Shown in pieces: positions 21,466 to 32,000 of a DNA stretch of 64,000 bases. The DNA comes from an uncultured Planctomycetota bacterium. GTDB lineage: Bacteria; Planctomycetota; PLA2; JAEUHO01. The notes under the pieces are model-generated. The model was not told where the DNA came from and searched no databases. It worked only from the letters and a program-made list of their open reading frames with translations. Both the position numbers and the translations under genes were made by a program. The stretch is from positions 256,001 to 320,000 of the forward strand of contig CAVVXN010000005.1 of NCBI GenBank assembly GCA_963752285.1, given 5' to 3'. Within the stretch, counting starts at the first letter, position 1, and every line of letters starts with the position of its first letter.

Positions 21466-22694
21466 AGATCGGATTCCAGCGCTTCGTCGATCGACGGCTC
21501 GGGTCGCTCCTCTGCGCGCTGGTGACCCTGCGCGCCCGCCTCCTGCCCCGGCCGGAGCCCGAAGGCGACCCGCGGCGGATCGTCGTGATCCTGCTCTCCG
21601 AGATGGGGAGCCTCGTCCTCGCGCGACCGATGTTCGAGCGCCTTCGGGCGCTCTACCCCGGCGCCGAGGTGCACGCGCTCGTGTTCCGGCAGAACCGGGA
21701 GATCCTCGACCTGCAGTCGCTCGTGCCGGTGGCGCACGTCCACGCGATCCGAAACGACTCGTTCTTCCACCTCCTCCTCGACATGCGTCGCGAGCTCCGT
21801 GCGCTCCGGCGCCTCGGCACGGACGTGGCGATCGACTGCGAGCTCTTCGCCCGCGTCGGCGCGCTCTGTTCCTGGTTCAGCGGCGCCGGGATCCGCGTGG
21901 GTTTCCACCCGATGACGCAGGAGGGCCTCTACCGGGGTGGCCTCGTGAACCGGCGGGTCCTGTACAACCCGTACCAACACGTGGGGCGACAGTTCGTGAC
22001 GCTCGCGGAGGCGATTCGCGGTGGGGGCGTCCCGGTCGCGAAACGCGAGGTCGAGGAGCGTTTGCCCGTGCTCCCGCGGCTCGCGCTTCCGGCGGCCGAC
22101 GTGGACCGGCTCGTCGATCGTCTGCTCCACGACCATCCCGTCCTCGCGGGACGGCGGCTCGTGCTGGTCTCGCCCGCCGGCGGTCTGTTGCCCATCCGCG
22201 CGTGGCCGATCGAGCACTGGGTGGCGCTCGTACGGGGGCTCCTCGACGACGGCCACGCCGTGGGCGTGCTCGGGCTCCCCCGCGACCGCGACGTGGCGCA
22301 GGACCTGGCGGAGCGCGTCCCGGACGAGCGCCTCGTGGACCTCACGGGCTGGACGAGGAGCGTGCGCGAGGTCCTCCTGCTGTTTCACCGCGCCGCGCTC
22401 CTCGTCGCGAACGACGGAGGCCCCGGGCACTTCGCCGCGATCACGCCCGTCCCGGCGATCGTGCTCTTCGGGCCCGAGACGCCGGTCCTCTACGGGACGC
22501 TCGACGACAAGTCGGTGAATCTCAGGACGAACCTCTCGTGTTCGCCGTGTCTCACGGCCTACAACCACCGACGCTCTCCCTGCGACGGCGACAACGTCTG
22601 CCTCAAGAGCATCCCTGCCGATCACGTGCTCGGTCTCGCGCGCGACGTGCTCGCGCGCGACGGCGCACCGCCGCTCGCGGTCCCGTCGGCCTGA
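21462..22694 (+). CDS. Glycosyltransferase family 9 (heptosyltransferase-like)
   Basis: SEMGSLVL, RAWP..HW, LLVANDGGPGHFAA, VLFGPETP, CSPC...C...C; ATGA overlap. Confidence 0.9.
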   Translation: MKIGFQRFVDRRLGSLLCALVTLRARLLPRPEPEGDPRRIVVILLSEMGSLVLARPMFERLRALYPGAEVHALVFRQNREILDLQSLVPVAHVHAIRNDSFFHLLLDMRRELRALRRLGTDVAIDCELFARVGALCSWFSGAGIRVGFHPMTQEGLYRGGLVNRRVLYNPYQHVGRQFVTLAEAIRGGGVPVAKREVEERLPVLPRLALPAADVDRLVDRLLHDHPVLAGRRLVLVSPAGGLLPIRAWPIEHWVALVRGLLDDGHAVGVLGLPRDRDVAQDLAERVPDERLVDLTGWTRSVREVLLLFHRAALLVANDGGPGHFAAITPVPAIVLFGPETPVLYGTLDDKSVNLRTNLSCSPCLTAYNHRRSPCDGDNVCLKSIPADHVLGLARDVLARDGAPPLAVPSA

Positions 22695-22783
22695 GAGTGG
22701 AGGGCAGGATGGGGCGGGACGCGCGCCCGCGCGCGCCCGCGACGGAAGAGGGAGCGTAGAGGCGCGGCCGGTACGATCCCGAG

Positions 22784-24187
22784 ATGGCCGACTCCAGCCC
22801 CTTCACCGAGATGCGCCCGCTGCGCGTCGCCGTCGTAGGCGCCGGGCCAAGCGGGTTCTACGTCCTCCAGGCCCTCCTCCGCGAGAAGACGACGCCCGTC
22901 TCGATCGACCTGCTCGACCGTCAGCCGGCGCCGTACGGACTCGTGCGCTACGGCGTCGCGCCCGACCACCCCAATATCAAGGCGGTGACGAAGGTCTACG
23001 ACCGTCTCGCCACGGACCCGCGCGTGCGCTACTTCGGAGGCGTAGAGGTCGGCCGCGACCTGGGCGTCGCCGATCTCGCAGTCTTCTACGACGCCGTCGT
23101 GTACTGCACGGGTGCGCAGACCGACCGTCACCTCGGCGTCCCGGGCGAGGACCTCGCGGGGAGCCATCCGGCCACCGCGTTCGTGGCCTGGTACAACGGC
23201 CACCCCGACTTCGGGGCGGAACGGTTCGACCTCGATTGCGAGCGCGCGGTGGTCGTCGGCGTCGGCAACGTGGCGCTCGACGTCGCCCGCATGCTCGTCC
23301 GGACGCCCGACGAGCTCCGGAAGACCGATGTGGCCGACGACGCGCTCGCGGCGCTGACCGCGAGCCGCGTGAGAGAGGTCGTGATCCTCGGCCGGCGCGG
23401 GCCGGCGCAGGCCGCCTTCACGGTCGCGGAGCTCGAGGAGCTCGCGAAGCTCGAGGGGGCCGACGCACGGACGAAGGAGGAGGAGGTCGCCCTCGACGCG
23501 CTCAGCCGTGCGGACCTCCAGACGAGTCCCGACCGACTCACGGAGTCGAAGCTCGTGCACCTGCAGGCGTACGCGAAGACGCCGCAGGCGCCGAAGCCCC
23601 GCTCGCTCTGGATCCGGTTCCTCGTGTCGCCCGTCGAGCTCCTCGGGGACGACGAGGGGCGCGTCCGCGCGGTGCGCGTCGTCAGGAACTCGCTCGTCCG
23701 CGCCAAGGACGGCTCGCTCCGGCCGCTCCCGACTCCGGAGGAAGAGGTGATCGAGGCCGGCCTCGTGTTCCGCGCGGTCGGATACCGCGGCGTCGAGATC
23801 CCCGGGGTCCCGTTCCGCGAGGACTGGGGCACGGTCCCGAACGACGAGGGCCGCGTCCTCGAGACCCCGGGAGGCGCGCCGGTCCCCGGCTTCTACGTGG
23901 CCGGGTGGATCAAGCGCGGCCCGAGCGGCGTGATCGGGACGAACCGGCCCGACGCCCAGGAGACGGTGAACATGCTTCTCGAGGACGTCGCCGCGGGCCG
24001 CGTGGTCCTCGCCCCCAGGCCCGACCCCGGCGCCGTCGTGGACGAGCTCCGGACGCGCGGCGTCCACTGGATCGACTTTCCCGCGTGGCAGCGCCTCGAC
24101 GCGCAGGAGGTCGCCGCCGGACGCGCCGCGGGTCGCCCGCGCCGCAAGCTCGTGCGGCGCGAGGACTTCCTCGGCGGGGTCGAGTAG
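22784..24187 (+). CDS. Ferredoxin--NADP+ reductase (FprA/adrenodoxin reductase type)
   Basis: VVGAGPSG, GLVRYGVAPDH, FVAWYNGHP, GVGNVALDVAR, GRRGPAQAAFT, GWIKRGPSGVIGTN. Confidence 0.93.
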   Translation: MADSSPFTEMRPLRVAVVGAGPSGFYVLQALLREKTTPVSIDLLDRQPAPYGLVRYGVAPDHPNIKAVTKVYDRLATDPRVRYFGGVEVGRDLGVADLAVFYDAVVYCTGAQTDRHLGVPGEDLAGSHPATAFVAWYNGHPDFGAERFDLDCERAVVVGVGNVALDVARMLVRTPDELRKTDVADDALAALTASRVREVVILGRRGPAQAAFTVAELEELAKLEGADARTKEEEVALDALSRADLQTSPDRLTESKLVHLQAYAKTPQAPKPRSLWIRFLVSPVELLGDDEGRVRAVRVVRNSLVRAKDGSLRPLPTPEEEVIEAGLVFRAVGYRGVEIPGVPFREDWGTVPNDEGRVLETPGGAPVPGFYVAGWIKRGPSGVIGTNRPDAQETVNMLLEDVAAGRVVLAPRPDPGAVVDELRTRGVHWIDFPAWQRLDAQEVAAGRAAGRPRRKLVRREDFLGGVE

Positions 24188-24202
24188 GGGGGCCGACGGC
24201 GG

Positions 24203-24688
24203 TCAGAGCGCCGCCGCGCCCCTCAAGGTGGAGACGAGCCCCGCACGGTCCGTCCGCGCCGCCGTCTCGAACGCGCGGGTGAGCGAGCGCGCGAGCTCGA
24301 GGTCGTGGATCCTCGAGCCCGTGCGCTCCTCCTGCATCATCCGCGTGAGGGCCGGGAAGCGCCCCTCGAGCCCGCGCAGGAAGGGCCAGAGCCGGTGGTC
24401 GCCCCGCTCGAGGTCGGCCGCGAGGTCCAGGAACACCTCGGAGAGCCAGCCCCGGAGCGGACGGTCCTCCTCGAAGACCTGGAGCTCGCGGAGCGTCCCC
24501 GCGAGCGCGTCGAAGATCGCGGCGCCGCCCGCCGACCACGCGCGCACGATCTCCAGGAAGGGGCGCCCCTTGTCGTTCCAGAACACGAGGGTGCGGTAGA
24601 GGTGGTAGACGGCCTGGCCCACGCGCCGGCGCTGCTCGTTCGTCCCGAGGACCAGGCGCTTCAGCTCGAGGTCGAGCTCGGTCTCCAC
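24203..24688 (-). CDS. Hypothetical protein (~161 aa)
   Basis: Protein-like C-terminal part (VETELDLELKRLVLG...) of ORF 24203..26278; fills the gap between ppk1 and the reductase. Confidence 0.6.
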   Translation of the reverse strand: METELDLELKRLVLGTNEQRRRVGQAVYHLYRTLVFWNDKGRPFLEIVRAWSAGGAAIFDALAGTLRELQVFEEDRPLRGWLSEVFLDLAADLERGDHRLWPFLRGLEGRFPALTRMMQEERTGSRIHDLELARSLTRAFETAARTDRAGLVSTLRGAAAL

Positions 24689-24732
24689 GGCGCCGACTCT
24701 ACCCGGCGCGCCGCCCGCACCCGTCGGTGGGG

Positions 24733-26910
24733 TCAGACGCCCCCCGCCGCCTCGGCGATGGCGCGGCGCTGGAACACCTCTTGGGCCTCGCGGCGTTCCT
24801 CGCCCGCGGCGGGGCGGCGCTTCACGTACGTCCCGTCGGCCTGGCAGTCCCACGCCGCGTAGTTGTCGGCGAGGTACACGTCCAGGATCTCCTGGATCTC
24901 GGCCTGGTTCACGGCCTCCGGGACGGGCGTGATCGTCTCGACGCGGTGGTCCAGGTTCCGGCGCATCCAGTCCGCGGAGCCGAGGAAGAACTCGGGATGG
25001 CCCGCGTTCTCGAAGCGGTAGATCCGGCTGTGCTCCAGATAGCGGCCGACCACGCTGAACACGCGGATGTTCTCGGAGAGACCCGGCACGCCGGGGCGCA
25101 GCCGGTTGAGCCCCCGAACGATCAGCGTGATCGGGACCCCGGCGCGACCGGCGCGGTAGAGCTCGCGGACCAGGTCCGGGTCCTCGAGCTGATTCATCTT
25201 CGCCAGGATCCCGGAGGGGCGGCCCGCCTTCGCGTGCTCCGCCTCGCGCCGGATCAGCTCGGTGAAGCGAGACCGCAGGAAGGTCGGTGCGACGAGCAGG
25301 CGACGATACTGCGCGTGGGGCGTGGACCCCGTCAGGGCGTTGAACACCGCCGACACGTCGTCGCAGATGTCCGGGTCCGCGGTCAGCAGGCCCAGGTCCT
25401 CGTAGATGCGCGCGGTCCCGGTGTGGTAGTTCCCCGTGCCCACGTGCGCGTAGCGGCGGATCCGTCCCTGCTCCTCGCGGACGACGAGCGCGAGCTTCAC
25501 GTGGGTCTTGAGGCGCTCGACGCCGTAGGCGACGTGGACGCCTTCCTCCTCGAGGTGCTTGCCCCAGGCGATGTTCGGCGCCTCGTCGAACCGCGCGGTG
25601 ATCTCGACGAGGACGGCGACCTGCTTGCCGCGTCGGGACGCGTCCACGAGCGCTTGCATGATGGGGGAGTCGCTGCTCGTCCGGTAGATCGTGAGCTTGA
25701 TGCCGAGCGTCTTCGGGTCGCTCGCCGCCGACTGGAGGAACCTGAGCACCGACGTGTCGAACGAGTGGTACGGGTGGTGGAGCAGGACGTCGCCGCGGGC
25801 GATCTCCCGGAAGATCGCGCTCGTGTCCTTCGGGTCGAGGCCGGAGAGGCGCGGGTGGGTGACCGGCTCGTAGCGGGGAAACCGCAAGGGCTCCACGTCC
25901 GTGGGGTTGAGCTTGAGGAGGTCGCTCACACCGAGCAGGAAATCCTGGGCGAACACGTCGTCGCGGCCGAGGCCCAGGCGCTTCGCGAGCCAGTCCCGCA
26001 CGTCGGTGGGCATCCGGTGGTCCACCTGGAGCCGCACGCACCCGGCGAAGCGACGGGCCTTCAGCTCCTCGGACACCACGCGCACGATCAGGCCCGGCTC
26101 GGCGAGCGCCTCGTCCACCGTCAGGTCGAGCCCGCGCTCGGGATGCCCCTCGGCGCCGCGGCTCACGCGGAACGCGTAGATGCGGCGACGCGTGCTGCCC
26201 GGGAACATGAGGTCGAGGTTGGCGGCGATCACCTGCTCGAGCGGCACCCAGCCGTTCTCCTCCGGGAGAGGGACCCACCGCGGCCGGTTGTCGGGGACCT
26301 TGATCCGGACGAAGCGGTCGCGCCCCGAAGGCGGATCGGGCAGCAGCACGGCGAGGTTCAGTCCGTGGTTGCTGATGAAGGGGAAGGGGTGCTCCGCGTC
26401 CACCGCGAGCGGGGTCAGGATCGGCTGGATCGTCTCCTGGAACGTGCGTCGCAGCGCTTCGCGCTGCGCGGGACGCAGATCGTCCCAGTCACGGATCGGC
26501 CAGCCGCCCTTCTCCAGGGCGGGTCGGATGTGGTCGTCGATCTGCGTCGAGAGGATCTCGATCTGCCGGAGGACCTCGGCGCGCGCCGCCTGGAGCTCCT
26601 CCTCGGGGAGCATGCCGTCGGGTGAGCGCGTGCGCTGCCCCGCCTCGACGCCGTGCTTCATGCCGGACACGCGCTTCATGAAGAACTCGTCGTGGAGCAT
26701 CCCCATGATGCCGGCGAACTTCACGCGCTCGAGGATCGGGAGGTCTCCGTTCTGCACGAGCGCGAGGACGCGCCGGGCGAACCCGAGCCACGAGAGGTCC
26801 CGGTTCACCAGGACCTGCGGGCTGTCGATGTCGATCTCGGGCGCGATCTCGGTCCCGGGCTCGGCTTCGGTCGCGACGCGCGGCGGCGCGGGGGGCGGGT
26901 CACGGTCCAT
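24733..26910 (-). CDS. ppk1: Polyphosphate kinase 1
   Basis: NRDLSWL, HPFPFISN, DVLLHHPYHSF, IKLTIYRT, ARFDE, LKTHVK, GTGNY, GRYLEHSRIY, GSADWMRRNL. Confidence 0.96.
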   Translation of the reverse strand: MDRDPPPAPPRVATEAEPGTEIAPEIDIDSPQVLVNRDLSWLGFARRVLALVQNGDLPILERVKFAGIMGMLHDEFFMKRVSGMKHGVEAGQRTRSPDGMLPEEELQAARAEVLRQIEILSTQIDDHIRPALEKGGWPIRDWDDLRPAQREALRRTFQETIQPILTPLAVDAEHPFPFISNHGLNLAVLLPDPPSGRDRFVRIKVPDNRPRWVPLPEENGWVPLEQVIAANLDLMFPGSTRRRIYAFRVSRGAEGHPERGLDLTVDEALAEPGLIVRVVSEELKARRFAGCVRLQVDHRMPTDVRDWLAKRLGLGRDDVFAQDFLLGVSDLLKLNPTDVEPLRFPRYEPVTHPRLSGLDPKDTSAIFREIARGDVLLHHPYHSFDTSVLRFLQSAASDPKTLGIKLTIYRTSSDSPIMQALVDASRRGKQVAVLVEITARFDEAPNIAWGKHLEEEGVHVAYGVERLKTHVKLALVVREEQGRIRRYAHVGTGNYHTGTARIYEDLGLLTADPDICDDVSAVFNALTGSTPHAQYRRLLVAPTFLRSRFTELIRREAEHAKAGRPSGILAKMNQLEDPDLVRELYRAGRAGVPITLIVRGLNRLRPGVPGLSENIRVFSVVGRYLEHSRIYRFENAGHPEFFLGSADWMRRNLDHRVETITPVPEAVNQAEIQEILDVYLADNYAAWDCQADGTYVKRRPAAGEERREAQEVFQRRAIAEAAGGV

Positions 26911-27112
26911 GACCACGATGGTAGCGCCCGCGCCAACGGGGGGCAGAGTCGCACCGATCGTACGGACGTCTTTACAGAAATCCACGAATACGACGGGCGG
27001 CGCGGGCGCCCGTCCCACCCTACGGCGGGCGGGGGGCGCGCGGATCGGCGCGGGTACGATCCGGCCGCGGCGCGGCGCGCGGTGCGCGATGCGCGACCCA
27101 CGGGAGAGGCAG

Positions 27113-28219
27113 ATGGGCGAGAGCGTGTTCGAGCGGTTCGCCGACGAGTTCGGACCGGAGAAGGTCGTCTACGTGACCGACCCGGCGGTCGGCCTGCGCG
27201 GCATCGTGGTCATCGACAACACGGCCGCGGGACCCGCCATCGGCGGCATCCGCATGGCGCCCGACGTGACGACGGAGGAGGTGTTCCGTCTCGCGCGGGC
27301 CATGACGTGGAAGAACGCCATGGCCGGCCTTTCCCACGGCGGTGGGAAGTCGGCGATCCTCGCGGACCCGGAGCAGGCCGACAAGGAGACGCTCGTCCGA
27401 CACTTCGCGCGGGCGCTCGCGCCGCTCGTCGGGTACATCCCCGGTCCCGACATGGGAACCGACGAGACGTCGATGGCGTGGGTGAGGGACGAGATGGGGC
27501 GGTCCGTCGGTCTGCCGAAGGTCCTGGGCGGCATCCCCCTCGACCAGGTCGGCGCGACGGGCTTCGGCTGCGCGGTGGCCTCGGAGGTGCTCCAGGACTT
27601 CCTCGACCTCCGCCTCGACGGCGCCCGCGTGTCGATCCAGGGCTACGGCAACGTCGGGCAGCACGCCGCCCGCTTCCTCGTGGAGCGCGGCGCGCGCGTG
27701 ACCGTCGTGACCGACCTGGACGGCACGGTCCACGACGAGAAGGGTCTCGACGTCCAGAAGCTGACCGCCCAGAAGCGCGAGACGGGCCGCGTCACGGACT
27801 ACGCCGGCGGGGAGAAGCTCGCGCGCGACGCGTTCATCGACCTGGAGTGCGAGATCTTCGTTCCGGCGGCGCGGCCCGACGTGATCGACCGCTCGAACGC
27901 CCACCGTCTGCGCTGCCGGGCCGTCGTGCAGGGGGCGAACATCCCGTGCACGAAGGAGGCCGAGGCGATCCTCCACCAGCGGGGCATCGTCTCGATCCCC
28001 GACTTCGTGGCGAACGCGGGAGGCGTCATCTGCGCGGCCGTCGAGTACCACGGGGGCACCGAGCGCCACGCCTTCCACGCCATCGAGGACAAGGTCCGCG
28101 AGAACACGGCCGCCGTCCTCGAGCGGGCGCGTCGGACCGGGCAGATGCCGCTCGAGGCCGCGACCACGCTGGCGAGGCAGCGCGTCGCGGAGGCGATGGC
28201 CTACCGTCGCCGTCGCTGA
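27113..28219 (+). CDS. Glu/Leu/Phe/Val dehydrogenase
   Basis: GPAIGGIR, LARAMTWKNA, GGGKS, PGPDMGT, ATGFG, IQGYGNVG, QGANIP, PDFVANAGGVI. Confidence 0.93.
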   Translation: MGESVFERFADEFGPEKVVYVTDPAVGLRGIVVIDNTAAGPAIGGIRMAPDVTTEEVFRLARAMTWKNAMAGLSHGGGKSAILADPEQADKETLVRHFARALAPLVGYIPGPDMGTDETSMAWVRDEMGRSVGLPKVLGGIPLDQVGATGFGCAVASEVLQDFLDLRLDGARVSIQGYGNVGQHAARFLVERGARVTVVTDLDGTVHDEKGLDVQKLTAQKRETGRVTDYAGGEKLARDAFIDLECEIFVPAARPDVIDRSNAHRLRCRAVVQGANIPCTKEAEAILHQRGIVSIPDFVANAGGVICAAVEYHGGTERHAFHAIEDKVRENTAAVLERARRTGQMPLEAATTLARQRVAEAMAYRRRR

Positions 28220-28225
28220 GGGACG

Positions 28226-28275
28226 GTGGACCGCGCGGGGCCCCGCGGGACCCCGCGGGGACCCGCGCGGTACAC
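28226..28275. repeat. Long GC-rich hairpin just after the dehydrogenase stop
   Basis: Arms 28226-28249 and 28252-28275 are complementary at 22/24 positions. Confidence 0.7.
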
Positions 28276-28420
28276 GGAGACCCGGACAGAGGGGCCGACC
28301 CTGGCGAGCGGGCGTCCGGACGGGTAGCATCGCCCCGCCGGTGGGAGGCCGGGCGGGAGGCGAGGTCCTCCCGCGGCCGGGCGGCGGGTCCGCCTCGCCG
28401 TCGTTTGGGAGGTCGCCTCG

Positions 28421-28567
28421 ATGCGTCGTGTCGTCTGGATCCTCGTGCTCGGCTTCGTCGCGATGACCCTCTCCGCGTGCCACTGGAACTGGACGGACCC
28501 GTTCCATCCGACCGTCTGTCCGAGCACGCCGTCCTGCACGCCGCGCTGTCACCAGTACTGCGGCTGA
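28421..28567 (+). CDS. Small Cys-rich lipoprotein (48 aa; below the ORF track cutoff)
   Basis: GGAGGT RBS; MRRVVWILVLGFVAMTLSA-CHWNWTDPFHPTVCPSTPSCTPRCHQYCG*; lipobox LSAC. Confidence 0.7.
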   Translation: MRRVVWILVLGFVAMTLSACHWNWTDPFHPTVCPSTPSCTPRCHQYCG

Positions 28568-28666
28568 GCGCGGGAAGGACCCGCGCCCCGACTCGGCTCC
28601 GCGCGGTCCCCCGGTAGGCTGGCCTCGTCGCGCGAGCGCCGGCTCGCCCCGCACCGGAGGACGGCC

Positions 28667-29062
28667 ATGGCGGCGTACGCGTTCCGCGTCACCTTTCCCG
28701 GCTCGTTCGCGAAGGCGGTCGAGCGCGTGACCGAGGAGCTCAAGAAGGAGGGCTTCGGGATCCTGACCGAGATCGACGTCCGGGGGACGCTCAAGAAGAA
28801 GCTCGACCTGGACAGCCGCCCCTACGTCATCCTCGGGGCCTGCAACCCCGAGCTCGCACACCAGGCGATCGACGCGGAGCCCGACATCGGCTTGCTCCTC
28901 CCGTGCAACGTGGTGGTCCGGGAGGAGCCCGACCACTCGATCACGGTGGCGTTCATGGAGCCCCGCACGGTCCTCGGCCTCACGGGCCGCCGCGACCTCT
29001 CCCACCTCGGCGAGGAAGCCTACGAACGACTGGACCGGGTCCGGAAGGCGCTCGTCACCTGA
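28667..29062 (+). CDS. DUF302 family protein
   Basis: EGFGILTEIDV..TLKKKL, PYVILGACNP, IGLLLPCNVVV. Confidence 0.92.
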   Translation: MAAYAFRVTFPGSFAKAVERVTEELKKEGFGILTEIDVRGTLKKKLDLDSRPYVILGACNPELAHQAIDAEPDIGLLLPCNVVVREEPDHSITVAFMEPRTVLGLTGRRDLSHLGEEAYERLDRVRKALVT

Positions 29063-32000
29063 CGCCGACCTCGAGGTCGAGCGCGACGCGACCGCCGCGC
29101 GGGGCCGCCTCGACGGTCTTCGCGGAGCGGCCGTCCGGGGCACGGACGTCGAGGCGGTAGCGGGTGGCGGCGACGACCTCTGTCGTCGCGGTGCCCGCGC
29201 CGTCGCTCGTGGCCTCGCCGACGTGGAACCACACGTCGCCGATCCTCGCGAGGACCCGGACGTGCGCGTCCGCGACGGGCCGCCCGGCGTCGGGGTCCAC
29301 CACACGTACCGCCACCTCGACCGAGGTCGGCATGGCGTCCTCGCCGCGGACGCGGGGCGCGAGGGCCCCGAGAGACCTCTTCTCCCCGTCGCGGAGCTCG
29401 ACCTCGGCCTCGCCCGCCGGGAAGGGGCTCTCGGGGACCGCACGGCCGTCCTCGTCCTGGCGGATCTCCAGCACCCCCTTCGAGTCGCTCTCCAAGAGGA
29501 GGCCGACCCGAAAGCGTCCCGCCGGAAGCCCCCGGATCTCGTAGGCGCCCGAAGCGCTCGTGAGCGCCTGCCCGACGATCGTGAACGGGGCCTCGGTAGT
29601 CATCACGCGAACGAGACGCTCCGGGATCGGCGCACCCGTGCGCTCGAGCACGCGACCGGAAAGCACGGCGGTACCTGCGGGCGCGCGGACCTCGACCGGC
29701 GGCTCGGGACGGAGACCCACCTCGAACTTCCGCTCGAGCGGCCCTGAGGAGAGTCCCTCGACGTGGGCCCAGTACGTACCGGGATAGAGATCCTGGTGCA
29801 CGCTTCCCTCTTCGTCCGTCGTGAGCTCGAGGGCACCGATGCGCTTCCACTCCTCGATGCTGCCGTCGAATCTGCAGAACGGATGTCCCCAGACCAGGTG
29901 CATCCGGAGCCCCTGGCGCGGGTCGCCGTTCGCGTCGAGGACGCGGACCGTGGTCGGTACGCGTTCGGGGACGACGATCTCCACGGACGTGGTGGTCCCC
30001 GCCGCCAGATCGACGTCCTTCGTTCCCTTCCAGTGCCAGAGCCCGCCGGACTCACCCCTCGAGACCCTCGCCCCGACGATCCCCACGTTGCCGAGCGGTA
30101 GGCCCTCGAATCGGGCTCGGCCCTCGCCGTCGGTTCGTGCTTCCCACTGCTCGCGCGTCGTCCGGACGTCGAGCGTGACCCACGCGTCCGGCGCGGCCTC
30201 GCCCGCCGGCGTGACGGTTCTGATCTCGAGCGAGGCCGGCTCCTCGAGCCGGATCTGGAGGTCGTCTCGAGGGGCCACGACCTCGAGGGATGCGGTCGCC
30301 TTGCCGGGAAGCCGCACGACCAACCGGTAGGGCCCCGGCGGAAGCCCCGCCACCATGAAGCGTCCGTCGGAAGCGGCCGTCGTCCCGGTCACCTCGTGAT
30401 CCGTCCGGTCGTCGGGCTCCATGGCGCGCTCCTCCGGGCGCTCGAGCCCACGCACCTCGACGTGCGCGCCGGGGCCGTCGAGGACGCGGCCCGCGAGGGA
30501 CGGCTCCGCGGTGCCGCGCGTCAAGCGGACTTCGACCCGGGGCGGCTCTCCACCCCGGCGGACGTTCAGGGCCTGTGTGGCCGGCTCATAGCCCGGCGCG
30601 AACACGCGGAGGTCGACGCGGTCGTTCACGATCACCCCTTGACGGCGCGGCGGGTACTCCGCGAAGAGGCGGCCGAGAGGCGCAGGAAACAGGCTGTTCC
30701 AAGCTCTCGACGGCATACCCCAGGCCTCCCGTGAGAGCAGCTCGACGAGGGAACCGTCCTTGGGGTCCGTCACGACGCCGCGCGCCGCCACCGGCTCGTG
30801 CGTCACCGCGTCGACGACGTCTACCACGAGGCCCATCCGGTGGAGGACGAAGTCGCATCGGGAGGTCGGCGGGCTCAGGACGTGGTCCGGCGTGCCGTCG
30901 GGCACGCCGGGGTCGCCCTCCGCGTACTGGCGCACACTCACGAAGACCCGGACGGGCACGTCGTCGAGGGAGCCGAACACGTAGTGACCCTGCGCGTCGG
31001 TCGTCGTGCACGTCGGCACCCTGTCGTCCAGGTGGGCGGTCTCCATGGCGACGACGAGCGCCTTGGCGATCGGGGAACCGTCCGTCTCTCGCACGCTCCC
31101 CTCGAGCCGCCAGGCGGGGTGGAGCACCACGACCAGGTCGGGCCGCATCACCTGCACCTTGGCCACGGCCCAGCCGGGCTTGAGGAAGGCGAGCGCGTCG
31201 CATTCCTTCGGCGTCTCGTGGACGGTGAACGTGCCGTCCTCGGCCGTGATCGCGAGGGCGAGGGCGGGTTCCTCCTCCGCGTGGAGGACACCGTGGGGCG
31301 TGTCGAAGACCGTCACCACCTTCTGTCCGTGCAGCAGCAGGTGCCGAGGGTTCTGGAAGTGGGCCACGCGAACGCCGGCGATGGGCTGGCCATCGGCATC
31401 GACCACCCTGCCCGCGGCGTAGGGCCGTGCGGTGTCGGCTGGCGGCGCCGCCGGCGAGGCTGGGGCCGCGACCGGCTCGGTCGCCCGACCCCGCAGTCGC
31501 GGAGCGGGGGGCTCCTCTGCCCGGGGAGCGTTCGGTGCGGGCTCGGGCGCCGGGGCGGCGGCGGCCGGCGGCGGTTCCGGTGGCAGGACCGCCACGGCGG
31601 TCGGGTCCTTCGCGCGCGGAAGCGTCGTGGAGCCGACCACGACCAGCCCTCCCAGGAGCAGCAGGACGAGCACCGCCCCGCCGATGGTCTTCGTGGTGCT
31701 GGACACGATCGCGACTCCTCCTGCGACGGTCGTGGGCGCCGCGAGGGTCGGCGCGCCCGGGCGCGCGAACGAGAGCAGTGCGAGGGCCCACCGCCCCCGA
31801 TCGCCGTGGCTCTCCGCGTCGAAACGCTCCCGCAGGCGGTCGAGCCCTCGCTTGAGACGCGAGCGAACCGTCGCCTCGGGGACGCCGTGTCGATCCGCGA
31901 TCTCGCGGAGCGAGAGCTCGTCCACGTAGCGGAGCAGCACCGTCGTGCGGAACGGCTCGTCGAGCGCGAGGACCGCGTCCACGAGGCGGCGCTGCGTCTC

